Of a stretch of 64,000 nucleotides of DNA, positions 23,982-38,120 are shown piece after piece. Where the stretch lies: NCBI RefSeq assembly GCF_009914755.1, contig NC_060941.1, one strand, 5' to 3'. Under the pieces are notes generated by a model that made no database searches, was not told where the DNA came from, and was given only the letters and a program-made list of their open reading frames with translations. The translations under genes and the position numbers were made by a program. Every line of letters starts with the position of its first letter. Position 1 is the first letter of the stretch. The stretch is from the human T2T-CHM13v2.0 reference genome, Homo sapiens.

Positions 23982-24180
23982 GAGACCACCAGTGGCCATC
24001 CAGCCCCTCCGACAGGGGTGGCTCTGTCCCCATCAGTCCACAGTGGAGGCCTTCAGTGGCCACCCAGCCCCTCCAACAGGGGTGGCTCTGTCCCCGTCAG
24101 TCCACAGTGGAGACCACCAGTGGCCACCCAGCCCCTCCAACAGGGGTGGCTCTGTCCCCATCAGTCCACAGTGGAGGCCT
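23982..24180. repeat. 64-bp tandem repeat, ~3.1 copies
   Basis: Units start at 23982, 24046 and 24110; heads alternate gagaccacc / gaggccttc. Confidence 0.95.
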
Positions 24181-25444
24181 GTGTGGCAGGAGGGCTGGGA
24201 GGGAGAAGAGATGACTCCCTCTGGGGGTCCAGGGAAAGTGGGAAGATGGCAGCGGAGGGGTGGCCCCCGCCTCTGGGAAGACCACAGGAATCTGCATCTC
24301 CATGCCCTGAACCAGACGCAAGGGGCTGGAGCTGGCGAATAGAGAAGCTTTTGCCTCGCCCCTGACGCGTCCAGTTGCTTTGATGTTTGGGGCGATGGTG
24401 TCATCATAACTGCGTAGCATGAGCTGCTGAGTGACAACTGATGTCGTCTGCAACAGAGCTGCCTTGATTCCCCCTACCTCTTAGAGGAGAAAGCTGCTAA
24501 AAATACCTGGCGTCCTGGGCCCCCACTGCCTTGCCTCTAATAACAGTCGGCAACCAGAGACTGTGCTGTGCTTGACAGAAGCGGATCATTTATAAAACAT
24601 TAGCATTTCTCGTACTGACATTTCACTTCCATATTACAGGACTTCCTAAGTCTTTTTTTAAAAAAAAAATTAATAAAGTGCTTAGACTCTTGATTTTCCC
24701 ACTGAGGGCCTTGCTGTCTGAAGCTGGAAATGAAATCAACAACACAACAACATCCTTGGGTTCTAAGGGACAGCCAGGCCCTAGCACCTCGGCCTGGGTC
24801 AGAGCCTGCAGGCCACAGGGGAGCAGGTGCAGGCTGAGGATTCTTTGGTCTGCAGTCACTGGGCTCCCTTTAGTGAATGCCCCAAGCCTCATACTGAGGA
24901 GGATTTGTCCAGCCAGGCCTGAAAACACAGCCTTCCTCCCTCTATCCGGGGAACCCTCTCCTTTCTCTGAAGCCAGAGAGACGTGTGCAGTCTCCAAGCC
25001 CACCCACAGCTGTCCGGGTGGGTCCCTAGCCTCCTGGAAAACTCCTTGGGCCCCAGGTACTGACTGTTTCCTTGCAGCCGCCCGTCCCCACCAGCCGCCT
25101 GCCGGGCGCCCTGAGGATCAGTCACTTAGCCATTGCTCCGGAGACTCCCGGGAATAGGCCAGGAAGGACCCAGGACCAGCCTCCTCCGGGGAGAGCCACG
25201 GAGATGGTGCCGACCCGGGGCAGTCAGAATGTGGAAAGTGAATCATGATCTGTGCGGGCAAGGGAAGTGCCACGAAACGGAGCACCAGGGTGTGCGTGCT
25301 CTCATGTGTCCCGTGAATCAGTGCGCCCCTGCCCCCTGCGGCTCCTCCCGCCAACAAATGTGCTGTGTTCCCAGAGCTGTGCCCGGCCAGGCTCGCCCAC
25401 CCACAGAAGCCCAGGATCTGCCACCTGTCGGGAATGCGGGGTTA

Positions 25445-25483
25445 GGAAATGAAAAACAGGGTTCTTGTCCAAGATCATTTATT
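25445..25483 (-). terminator. RTN4RL1: RTN4RL1 polyadenylation signal with downstream U-rich element
   Basis: Plus strand TTTATT at 25478-25483 (AATAAA on minus), followed on minus by ccctgtttttcatttcc. Confidence 0.8.
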
Positions 25484-26492
25484 GTTATTATTATTTTTCT
25501 CTCTTAATTGGATTCAGCGTTTCTGGCTCCTCACACACATCCTCTCTGGTGGGGGATTCAGGTTTGTGCAAAGCACAAAGGAGCTTGTACCCACCTGAGC
25601 CCCCGGCCAGCAGCACGGCCGGCTTTGATCGGAGCCCCTCTTCCCTGTCCGGGCTCGCCTGCCCCAGTCCCTGCTTCTGACCCCTGAGTCCGGCCTCCCG
25701 AGCCTCTGCCTGCACCCTGAGCATCCCCAGGACGGCTGGGAGGGCCAGGTCTTCCGTGATGCAGAAGTGCCTGAGATGGTTCATGAAATGCCCTCATTGT
25801 TCCCCTTCTGCTAAGGCCCCCGACGCCTCCCTCCTGCTGTCCCACACAGGGCCCTTGCTGGGTCACACACCAAACAGCCTCAAGGAAAAATTCAGCAGCT
25901 GAGCCGTGCGGGAGGCCTGGGCTCAAGCCCGGAGTCTCCTTGGCCCGTCCAGGCCGTCACTGACCAAACGCTAGGCTGACGACACGGTCCGACCCTTTGG
26001 ACTAACACTGTGGATGCTGCCTGGCCTGCTGGTTTCCAGATCCCAAAGCCCCTTCCTTCCCCTTCTCCATCTCGCTCACCCTCGGGGCCTGGCTCCCTCA
26101 TATACAATAAGCTGCTTCTCACTTCTCACCCTGAAGCCAACAGCTACGACAGCAGGGGTGACAGGGCGCTCCAGGGTGGCAGACAGGCTTGTGTTGCATA
26201 TAAAAACAAGGTGATGCTCTAAATATCTAAGAATATTGGTCCCCCAAAGTGACTCTTGCTGCCTCCCCCTTCCTCACCGTCCCGCCGACACCTTGCCCCA
26301 GGCCCTTGGCAAGGCCAGGTCCCTTGGAGACTATCGTTGCCAGTTTGGGATTCTAGACAAAAATTCTATCACTTTGTTTTTGCTAGAAATCACCAATACA
26401 ATCCTTAGTTCAGCAAATACAGTTTTCTGTATAGTTTATAAACATGAAAAGACGTACAGTTAGGTAACGGAGTGGGAGGGGGACTGTGCATT

Positions 26493-26538
<46 letters not shown>

Positions 26539-27276
26539 GAGTGTGAATATATATAAGTGGACGTAGTTAGTTATAAAACTGCACCTTCTGTGAGAACCTC
26601 ATTGCCCGGGATGAAGTTCTAGATTTCAGCCTCTGATGATCTTTCCTTTGGTAATTGGTTCTTGGACCCCAGCAGTTGGACCTGGGTCTGCCAGGGTTGC
26701 CTGAGACATCAGGAATGAGAGGCGCTACCCCCGAGGGAGGGGCTGAAGGTGGAGTAGGGTAGAATTCAGGGCAGGGTGACTGGCCTCAGGCAAGAGCCAA
26801 GATGCCACCTGCTCGTGTGTGCCCAGACTGCTGGCCACCCAGCCTCGTGGGTGAGCCTCATTTGTTCTTCTCTGCGTCCTGCTTTCTCCAGGAACCACGG
26901 GGCCCTCCAGACCTCTCGGAACGATCGGGATTCCACAGAGCCCCGGTGCCGCCGTCGGGGGCAATTGTCCCACTGTTGCCAGTGGAGGATGCACTTGGAG
27001 TGCCTTTTCCCACCTTGCCAGAGTGGACACTGTCCGTGGGCGCTCTGCGGGGCTGGCTGGGACAGCCGGCTGAGAAGCGCCACCCCCTCCCGCCTAGGGC
27101 TGTACACTTTGGGTTTATAATCCACATGGCAGGGTCCAGACGTCCAGACAGCAGCCGAAGGCTCTACCAGCCTTTTCCTGAAACCCAGCAGATCTTCCAC
27201 TTGTTAAAAAAAGAAGAAAATAAATTCTGTTCCTTGGTGGACATGTGGCAGTGCTGGGTGCTGACGCCCTGGGTCC
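25460..27276 (-). other. RTN4RL1: RTN4RL1 3' UTR (~1.8 kb)
   Basis: Alu-free sequence from the stop codon to a minus-strand AATAAA; AU-rich blocks; cleavage site approximate. Confidence 0.8.
26497..26535. repeat. (TA)19 microsatellite in RTN4RL1 3' UTR
   Basis: Uninterrupted TA run. Confidence 0.97.
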
Positions 27277-28589
27277 TCAGCGGAGAGTGACCGCCAGCCC
27301 CAGTGTCCAGGCCAGGAGGGAGGCCCCCAGGGAACTGGCCGAGGAGGCCTGCTGCACCCCGCTGGGGGCACGGATGGGGGTCCTGCGGGCACACTTGCCC
27401 TTCCTCTTGGGCCGGGCCGTAGGCATGATGTCAAAACTGAACTTGTGCTGGTAGTCTGGGGCATAGTCTGGCAGCTCGGGGGCCTGTTTCCCGGCGCCCG
27501 CCTTAGAGATCTGATTGCGGTTCCTGGGGTTGGTGCAGTTCTTCCCCGGCTTCCTGTGGCCGGGCCGGGGGCCGTGCGGGTGGCCCTTGCTCCTGGTGGG
27601 GCCGTGGGGTGAGTGGTGTTCCTTGCGGGCGGCCCTGTCGGTGGTGGTGAGCGTGTGTGACTTGATCTGGTGCGGGGACGCTGGTCCCGTGCAGTTCCGG
27701 AAGTCCTCGGCCCTCAGCAGCTTCAGGTCCTGGCCGTGCCGCAGCCCAGGGGACACACAGGGGACAGCGGAGCTGGAGCCCCGGAACCTCTGCAGCCATT
27801 CCCACAGGGAGCGCGCGCGACAACCACAGTCCCAGGGGTTGCCGTTGAGGCGGAGGAACTCCAGGGCCCCCAGCGGGGCCAGGCACTCACCCTGCAGCTC
27901 CGAGAGGCTGTTGTTGAAGAGGAAGAGGGTGGTCAGCCTGCGGAGGTCGTGGAACGCCTTGTGGTGGACCCACTGCAGCTGGTTCTCGTGCAGCAAAAGA
28001 CGGTCCAGGTTCACCAGGCCCCGGAAGGTGCCCGGGCCCAGACTCCACAGCTTGTTGCCGTGGAGAAACAGGTGGCTGAGGTTGACCAGGTCCACGAAGA
28101 TGTCGTCCTGGAGGTACTCGATGTGGTTGTCCTGCAGGTAGAGGTACTGCAGGCTGTGCAGGCCGCCAAAGACGCCGGCCGGCAAGGCGCTGAGCCCACA
28201 CTTGTAGAGGTAGAGGGCGTGAAGCTTCACCAGGCCCTGGAAGGTCTCGGGTGCCAGCGTCCGCAGCTGCCGGTTGTCGCCGAGGTCCAGCTCCTCCAGG
28301 TGCACGAAGCCCTCGAAGGTGCTGGGGTGGATGTAGGTGATGTTGTTCGAGTAGATCCACAGGGTGACCATGGCGGGGCTGAAGTGGCCGGGCTGGAGGA
28401 GGCCGATGCGGTTGTTCTGCAGGAAGACGCGCTCGCTGTCCACGGGGATGCCCTCCGGGATGGCTGCAAAGTTGTGCGCCTGGCAGCTGACCGTCATGGG
28501 CGCCGGGTAGCACACACAGTCCCGTGGGCAGCCACCACCCAGGGGCAGCTCCGCAGCTACCAACAGCAGCAGCAACTCCACACAGCACC
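27277..28589 (-). CDS. RTN4RL1: Reticulon-4 receptor-like 1 (NgR3/NgRH2), terminal coding exon: end of signal peptide, LRRNT, LRR array, LRRCT, basic stalk, GPI-anchor signal
   Basis: Translation [27 protein letters not shown]...LxxLxLxxN repeats...NPWDCGCR...hydrophobic tail [18 protein letters not shown]-stop (TGA at 27279-27277) matches the NgR3 sequence I recall. The exon opens after an acceptor (ctctctccctgccAG|GGTGC). 1313 nt plus the 13 coding nt recalled for exon 1 (MLRK+G, outside the window) gives 441 aa plus stop. Confidence 0.97.
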
Positions 28590-28700
28590 CTGGCAGGGAG
28601 AGAGAGCACAGCCAGGTCAGGGGCCGTGCAGGTGAGGACTGGCACCGCACCCTCCGGCGCCCGCCGAGGACGCATCCTCGTCTTGGCTGAGCTCCGTGAG
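27330..28700. promoter_or_regulatory. Intragenic CpG-rich region over RTN4RL1 exon 2
   Basis: Visibly high GC and CpG density across the exon and its acceptor flank; not computed. Confidence 0.6.
28590..28622 (-). promoter_or_regulatory. RTN4RL1: 3' splice acceptor of RTN4RL1 intron 1 (branch point, polypyrimidine tract, AG)
   Basis: Minus strand reads cccCTGACctggctgtgctctctctccctgccAG; branch A at 28617, AG at 28591-28590; phase-1 intron. Confidence 0.9.
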
Positions 28701-29060
28701 AGCCTTGTCCCTGGCTGGAGCAAGGCCAGGGTCAAGGCCCAAGCCTGGAACCCGTCGGGGATGAGAGGCCTCCCCTCCTTGGTGACCCACTTCTGCTGGG
28801 CTGGGAGGTGAGTCTGGGGTGAAGGCCCCAATCACCCCCACACCTCCTTAGTTCCACCCCACAGCTGCTGAGCCCCAGCCCCACCTGCTCCAGCTCTGTC
28901 ACACTGCTGGGGTGTAGGTCATGACCCAGGGACACAGCCGTCAGCCTCCTGCTCTCCTCCTAGCTGTGCCGCTGGTTGTTGTTATCTGTGCTCACGGATA
29001 TTGGGAAGGACTCTTGCTCTAATGTAGTAAATATCTCATGCAGAGTCCTGAAGAATCTCT

Positions 29061-30319
<1,259 letters not shown>

Positions 30320-33300
30320 TCACTCCAGCCTCCAGGCTGTGGCTGCAAAACCAGGCCTTGCCTCTCGACTGTCCAGAGCGTTTCCTCTGTAGCTTCCCTC
30401 TAATTGGGCATTAATTAGGCATTCGTTAATGGATCCTTAAAATAATTTATTTTCCGATGTGTCCAGCCTGTGGTCGGATAATAGCCCCGTGCTCATTATT
30501 GGAGCACCCTCATTACGGACGATCGTCATTACCTACCTTTTTCCAGGGTCCCAGCTGCCCCAGGCGGCCAGGCAGGCGCGCCGAGGTTGGGGGGCCGGCT
30601 CCAGGCCTCCAGGCCCCCACCCTGGAGGGCCAGGCAGCCATCTCCTCCCTACCCAGCTAGCCTCCAGCCCCTTTGATTCTAGCTTTCCAGCCAGGCCTCA
30701 TGGGAGAGCCGGGGCACCCAGGGCAGCTGAGTCTCTGCTGCAGCTGTACCCAGAGCTTGTGGGATGAGAGAACCAACCCTCTGGCCACTCTCGGGCCAGC
30801 CCTGCTCCCGGCCTCGTGCCGCTGCCTGCCCAGGCTCACGGCCCAGCAGGCCTCACCGCCACTGTCACCCCCTCGTTCCTGGCAGAAACAGCCTCGTAAA
30901 TAAGTGACAGCTCCCAGCTGTTGGGAGTTATGGGCTCCCAGAGAGTGGCAGCTGCTTCCCGTCCCCTGTAATCACCCGGCTTCGACTGAACATTTCCAAC
31001 ACATAAAAATCATCGTACATAATTTGTTTTTTTTGCATAATTGGGCTCGGTTGCGAATTCAGAGGAATTATGACTTCAGCGGTGGCGGTGGCACAGCTTC
31101 AAGGACCCTTTCTGGGCCAAGCCGTGCTCTCTGTGCTCTCTGCAGTGACTTCTGTCCCGCCCAGTGCACAGCCCGCAGGCTGGGCCGAGGCTGCTGCTGT
31201 TTCCCCCTCCTACCTCAGTTTCCCCTCCTACCACACGTAGGAGATGATGGCAGTGTCCACCGTCTCCACTTGGAGGCTCAGATCTGGCTTCCAGCCCCTG
31301 CTGCCTGCCTCCATCTGCCCAAGGAGACCCAGCCTGCAGGGGGAGGCAGGGCTGTGTTGGGGGAGGAACCTGGGCTCCAAACCCCACTTGACTTTTGGGA
31401 AGCCTGCCCACTGCCTGAACCCTCCACACCCAGGGCTGGGAGGGGGCCCCAACCCACACCAGCTGCACCTTCCACAGAGCCGACACTCCCCGTCTCTCTC
31501 AGCTCACACTCCTCACCCCTCCTCGGGCTGCTACCCTCCAGGAAGGTGCTTCCCGCACCTGTAGGAAGCTTCCTCCCCCAGGGAGCCGCCCCGCTCTGCC
31601 ACCCTGAGGGAGCCAGGGTGCCCCTCCTAGCTCAAGGGTGTTCATGGTGTTCACTGCTTCTCATCCCACATCTCAGGCTTTTGGGGACGGGGCCACAGCC
31701 AGGCCATTCTGCAAAGACAAAGCCATTTCGTCCCTTGGGCTGCAGCAAGAGAGGCCTTGCGGCAGGGGGACGGGGTGATATGTGTCCGGCTCAGCGCTAA
31801 TCCCACTCGACATTTGCACAGCTTACTGGAGTTTACAAAGTGCTTCTGCTCACACTCCCCTGAGCCTCAGGACTACCCGGTGTGCTGGGGTGTGGGGAGC
31901 CCTCCTTCACCCACTGTGTGGCTATCTCTGTAAGGTCCAGGATGCAGTTCTCTGAAATGACACCCGGAGAAGCTAATAGCGGGTCCCACGGAGAGACATT
32001 TCCCCATCAGACACAAAGCAGGTGCCTCCAAGGGATGTCAGGAAACAGGGGACACCAGGCAAGGACCCCAGTTTAGGTGAAAAAGCCAAATGGCCCCCAC
32101 ATCCAGGAGTGGGCTTGGTACGTGGCTCGTGGGTGTGCCGTGGGTGGGAGGGGTCAGAGAGCAGGGGTGGAGTGAAGACCCAGGGCAGGAACCCTCCTGC
32201 CCCTCCTCTGAGAGGGCTCCAGGCTTGGTGCAGGGCCTGGCTCACATTCCCGGTCTCAAGGAAGAACAAGCCATTGTATCAGGGGCCTGGGGCGGGGGCC
32301 GGGCAACAAGCCACAGGCACCAGTGTGGGCAGCCCCTCCCGTCCCAGTGCCTGAGGACGGTGGAGGGCCCCTCGGGGGCCAGGCGGTGGGGGGGGATCCG
32401 AGCCCGGGGGAGTGCTCACCGACCTTGGGTACTGCCCAGATGCAGGGGACCCACCCCAGGGAAGCTGTCCTTCCAGGCACCCCTGCCCCTCCTCCTGGAG
32501 AGTAGGGATGTCTCTGCTGAGTGCTTCTGCACGCTGGAAGTTGGTCCCATCTCCAAGACCTGGACCAGCTGTCCCAGCTGGCCCCGCCGCCTCTGGTACC
32601 CCCTGCCAGAGCCAGTGGGTGCCCCAGTCTTGGACGGTCCCCCTGCTGGGTTTCTCCCAGGGAGGCTGGCGCAGCTTTGCCACGGCTCCTCTCATGCCCC
32701 TCCATGCAGCCCTTGGGAGCCCCGACCCGCTGATTGCCTGATTAATGTGCAGAAGTGAGGCCCGAGCCTTGGCGGTGCATTTTAAGATTGCAAATTAGCA
32801 GGGATCAGACTCTCTCCGGAGGAGCCCTGCACCCCTCCCACCAGCCTCCTCGTCCCCTCCTGGGTGGGCCAGGGGTGGCTCTGCCAGAGGGGGCTGAGGA
32901 GAGCAAGGCCGGGCCTCCCCCAAAACTCCCCCAAGCTTTCCCTGGGGGTGTCCCCCTGCTCCTCCTCTCCTCCAGGGGCACGTGCTCGGCTGACTGCTCG
33001 GGTATCCCCAAACCTCCTGGCCTCCCACATGCCTGAGCTCACCCGCATCTCTGAGGCCTCATTCATTCCCTCCTCCATTCAACACTTGCTGCCTGAGCCC
33101 CGGGGTGTGGGGGGTGCCAGTGGGGAGGGCCCAGAATGACTGGGTGGGGGGATACGGAGGATCCTCATGGCTCACTAGCAGATGGGGGGGCTCACTAGGA
33201 GATGGGGGCTCCCAAGAGCAGGCAGTCTGGCCAGGTGCTGGGGCCTAGGGTAGGCCCCTGGAGGTGTGTGTGGGAAGTGGGGGTGCTCAGGAAAGACCCC

Positions 33301-34406
33301 TGCCATCCCCGTGCCACCTGCCAACATTGTTCCGTCACCTCCTGGAGTATGAATCTGGGAACCAGGGAGAAGGGTCCCTGCCTCACAGGGTTGCCTTAGG
33401 ATTCCAGCCAGCACAGAGGAGGCAAGGAGAGCTGTGCTGTGTTCAGGTCCTCCTTTCTGCAAATCCCCAAGTCCCTGCTTGCTGGTCAGGGAGCATGGGG
33501 GCAGCTCAGGCGGGTGGCCTGAGCACGGGAAGCCACCCTACCCGGTCCGCTCAGCAGCCCCAGATGTGCCTACAAGTTGTCCTGTGAGGCCACACCTGCC
33601 AGGATGGTGGGAAGGGAAAGGCAATGGCCACAGCCCGTGCGAAGGCCCTGCAGTGGGAAGGGGGCGACGTGCCCCTTCCTACCCTGGCTCTGTCTCTCAG
33701 GCTCTAAGTACACAGAGCCTCCAAGGAGGCTGTAACCTCAGCTCAGCTGGGCTGGGGGAACCCAGAGCCAGGATGGCCAGAGATGTCCCCAGTGGGACCA
33801 GCCCTCACAGGGCCCTTGCCCCAGGCCCAGGCCGGCCAGCCACAGCTGGTCATTGTGGAGGGCACTCTGCAGCTTCCCGGCCCCTGGAAGCAGGACAGGA
33901 CCAACCAAGGCGGACCCAGCCCTAACTGTGTACCAGAGTCCTCAGGACAGCCCCCATTTCACAAAGGAGGAAACGAGGCCCACCAGGGTAAGGCACCGGC
34001 CACGGCACATGGCTGGCGACAGGGCAGCGAGCAGGCCTCAACCCAGCTGACTGCAAGTCCAGGGCTCTGCCCCCAGCTCCATCCTGCACGTGGTGGGCAG
34101 GGCGTCCTCCACGAAGGGCTGGTTGGCCCTCATAGGCCCCAGAGCCTCGAGCTGCTCACCCCAACTTGCCAGCACCGAAGGGACTGCCCCTCCCTGTGCC
34201 TGAGCAGGGCTGGCCCCATGGCTGGTATCCCCGCAGCCCCCTGGGCAGGGCCGTGGGGCTCTCTGGGTCTTGGAGACCGGTAAGATCCCTCTGGCTCTGC
34301 AGCCCTCCCTCTCTCCCACTCCCCGCTTTCCCAGTCCTGGCAGATTGGCAGATCCTCCTCTCTATGCCAGTCGATGCTAACCCAATGCTCTCTGCTGGTC
34401 AGATAA

Positions 34407-36534
<2,128 letters not shown>

Positions 36535-36896
36535 TGACTCCGTGAGGACGGTGGTTTTGCCTGCTGTGTTCTCCGCAGTACCCTCAGGGCCCAGAACACT
36601 GGCATCCAGCAGGTGACCTGTCACAATGGCTGGATGAAGGAAGAATCTTTCTGAGTCAGCAGGGGGACTGAGAGATGCTGCTCAGGAAGCCCTAGGCCCA
36701 GGGCCTGGCTCCTAGCAGGCGCTCCATAAACAGAGGGGCGCTTACCCAAAGCGAGGAGACTCAGAGCCTCCAGGGTGAGAGCAGAGACTAGGCCCTGGCT
36801 CTATCTGGAGGCTTCCTGGTCAATCACGGGGTGACCACACGGTGAGGAGAGCTCTGGGAAGGAGGATCCAGCCCCAGGCCAGCCAGAGGCCCAGGG

Positions 36897-37016
36897 CAGG
36901 GTGACCAGGGCAGGTTTGCCTGGGACAGAGGGGTTTTCCAGGATGTGTGGGACTTTCAGTGCTAAAACCAGGACAGTCCCAAACAAACCAACCAACCAGG
37001 ACAGGTCAGTCATCCA
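36897..37016. mobile_element. Short hAT DNA-transposon relic (MER81-like)
   Basis: cagggtgacca...ggtttgcctgggacagagggg...gggactttcagtgctaaaaccaggacagtccc. Confidence 0.7.
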
Positions 37017-37183
37017 GGTCATTCAGGTCAGGCAAATCCAAGCCTGTGCCTCCCTCAACAAAAACCTCTGAATGCAGGAAGGGGAGGGGCACACAGGCAG
37101 GCACAAGGCACGTGTCTTCTCAAACACCATGCGTCCCGCTCAGTCCCTGCAGCCAGGAGGCCGGCCTGGGCCCAGACTGAGCC

Positions 37184-38120
37184 TGTGCGTGGTGTGTGTA
37201 CCTGTGTGTCATGGGCATGTGTACGTGTGTGCACAGGGTCTGTGTCCATCTATGTTGAATGTGTGTCTGTGGGTGCACGGGGTCTGCGTGGATCTATGTG
37301 TGATTGTGTGTCTGTGTGTGCATGGCAAATGTGTGTGTCTCTGTGTGAATGTGTGTGTGTGCACGGGGTCTGTGTGCATCTATGTTGAATGTGTGTCTGT
37401 GTGCACGTGTGTCTGTGCATCTCTGTGTGAATATGTGTGTGTGCATGTGTGTCTGTGTGCATCTCTGTGAATGTGTGTGTGCACGGGGTCTGTGTGTGTC
37501 TCTGTGTGAATATGTGTGTGCACGGGGTCTGTGTGGATCTATGTGTGATTGTGTGTCTGTGTGTGCATGGCGAATGTGTGCGTCTCTGTGTGAATTGTGT
37601 GTGCACGGGGTCTGTGTGCATCTATGTTGAATGTGTGTCTGTGTGCACGTGTGTCTGTGTGTGTCTCTGTGTGTGCACGTGTGTCTGTGTATGCACGTGT
37701 GTCTGTGTGCATCTCTGTGTGAATGTGTGTGTGCACGGGGTCTGTGTGCGTCTCTGTGTGAATGTGTGTGCATGGGGCCTGTGTGCATCTCTGTGTGAAT
37801 GTGTCTGTGTGTGCACATGTGTCTGTGTGCGTCTCTGTGAACGTGTCTGTGTGTGCACGGGGTCTGTGCGTGTCTCTGTGTCAATGTGTGTGTGCGCACG
37901 GGGTCTGTGTGTGTCTATGTTGAATGTGTGTCTGTGTATGCACGGGGTCTGTGTGCGTCTCTGTGTGACTGTGTGTCTGTGTGTGCACGTGTGTCTGCGC
38001 ACGCACGCTTGTGTGCTCATGTACCTGGGCGGGCCTGTGTTTACATGTGTGTGCACAGCTGAGTGCACGTGCAAAGCCGATGCATGTGTGCAAATACACA
38101 GGTATGCACACAGAAACACA
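37184..38120. repeat. Degenerate (TG)n-derived compound minisatellite
   Basis: ~940 bp of recurring tgcacggggtctgtgtg, tctatgttgaatgtgtgtctg and tctctgtgtgaatgtgtg modules. Confidence 0.95.

Noticed and set aside
28590-28650. N-terminal extension [20 protein letters not shown] of the 457-aa ORF
   Set aside because: It starts at GTG and runs through the branch point and polypyrimidine tract; it is intronic read-through of the frame.
27515-28831. Overlapping long ORFs (321 aa +, 314 aa -, 208 aa +)
   Set aside because: Shadow frames of a GC3-rich exon with few stop codons; no recognisable domains.
30904-31800. 298-aa plus-strand ORF (also 212 aa at 7871 and 261 aa at 57829)
   Set aside because: Low-complexity Pro/Gly/Ser-rich products of GC-rich DNA with no domain signal; the first two start at non-ATG codons and the last ends in an Alu.
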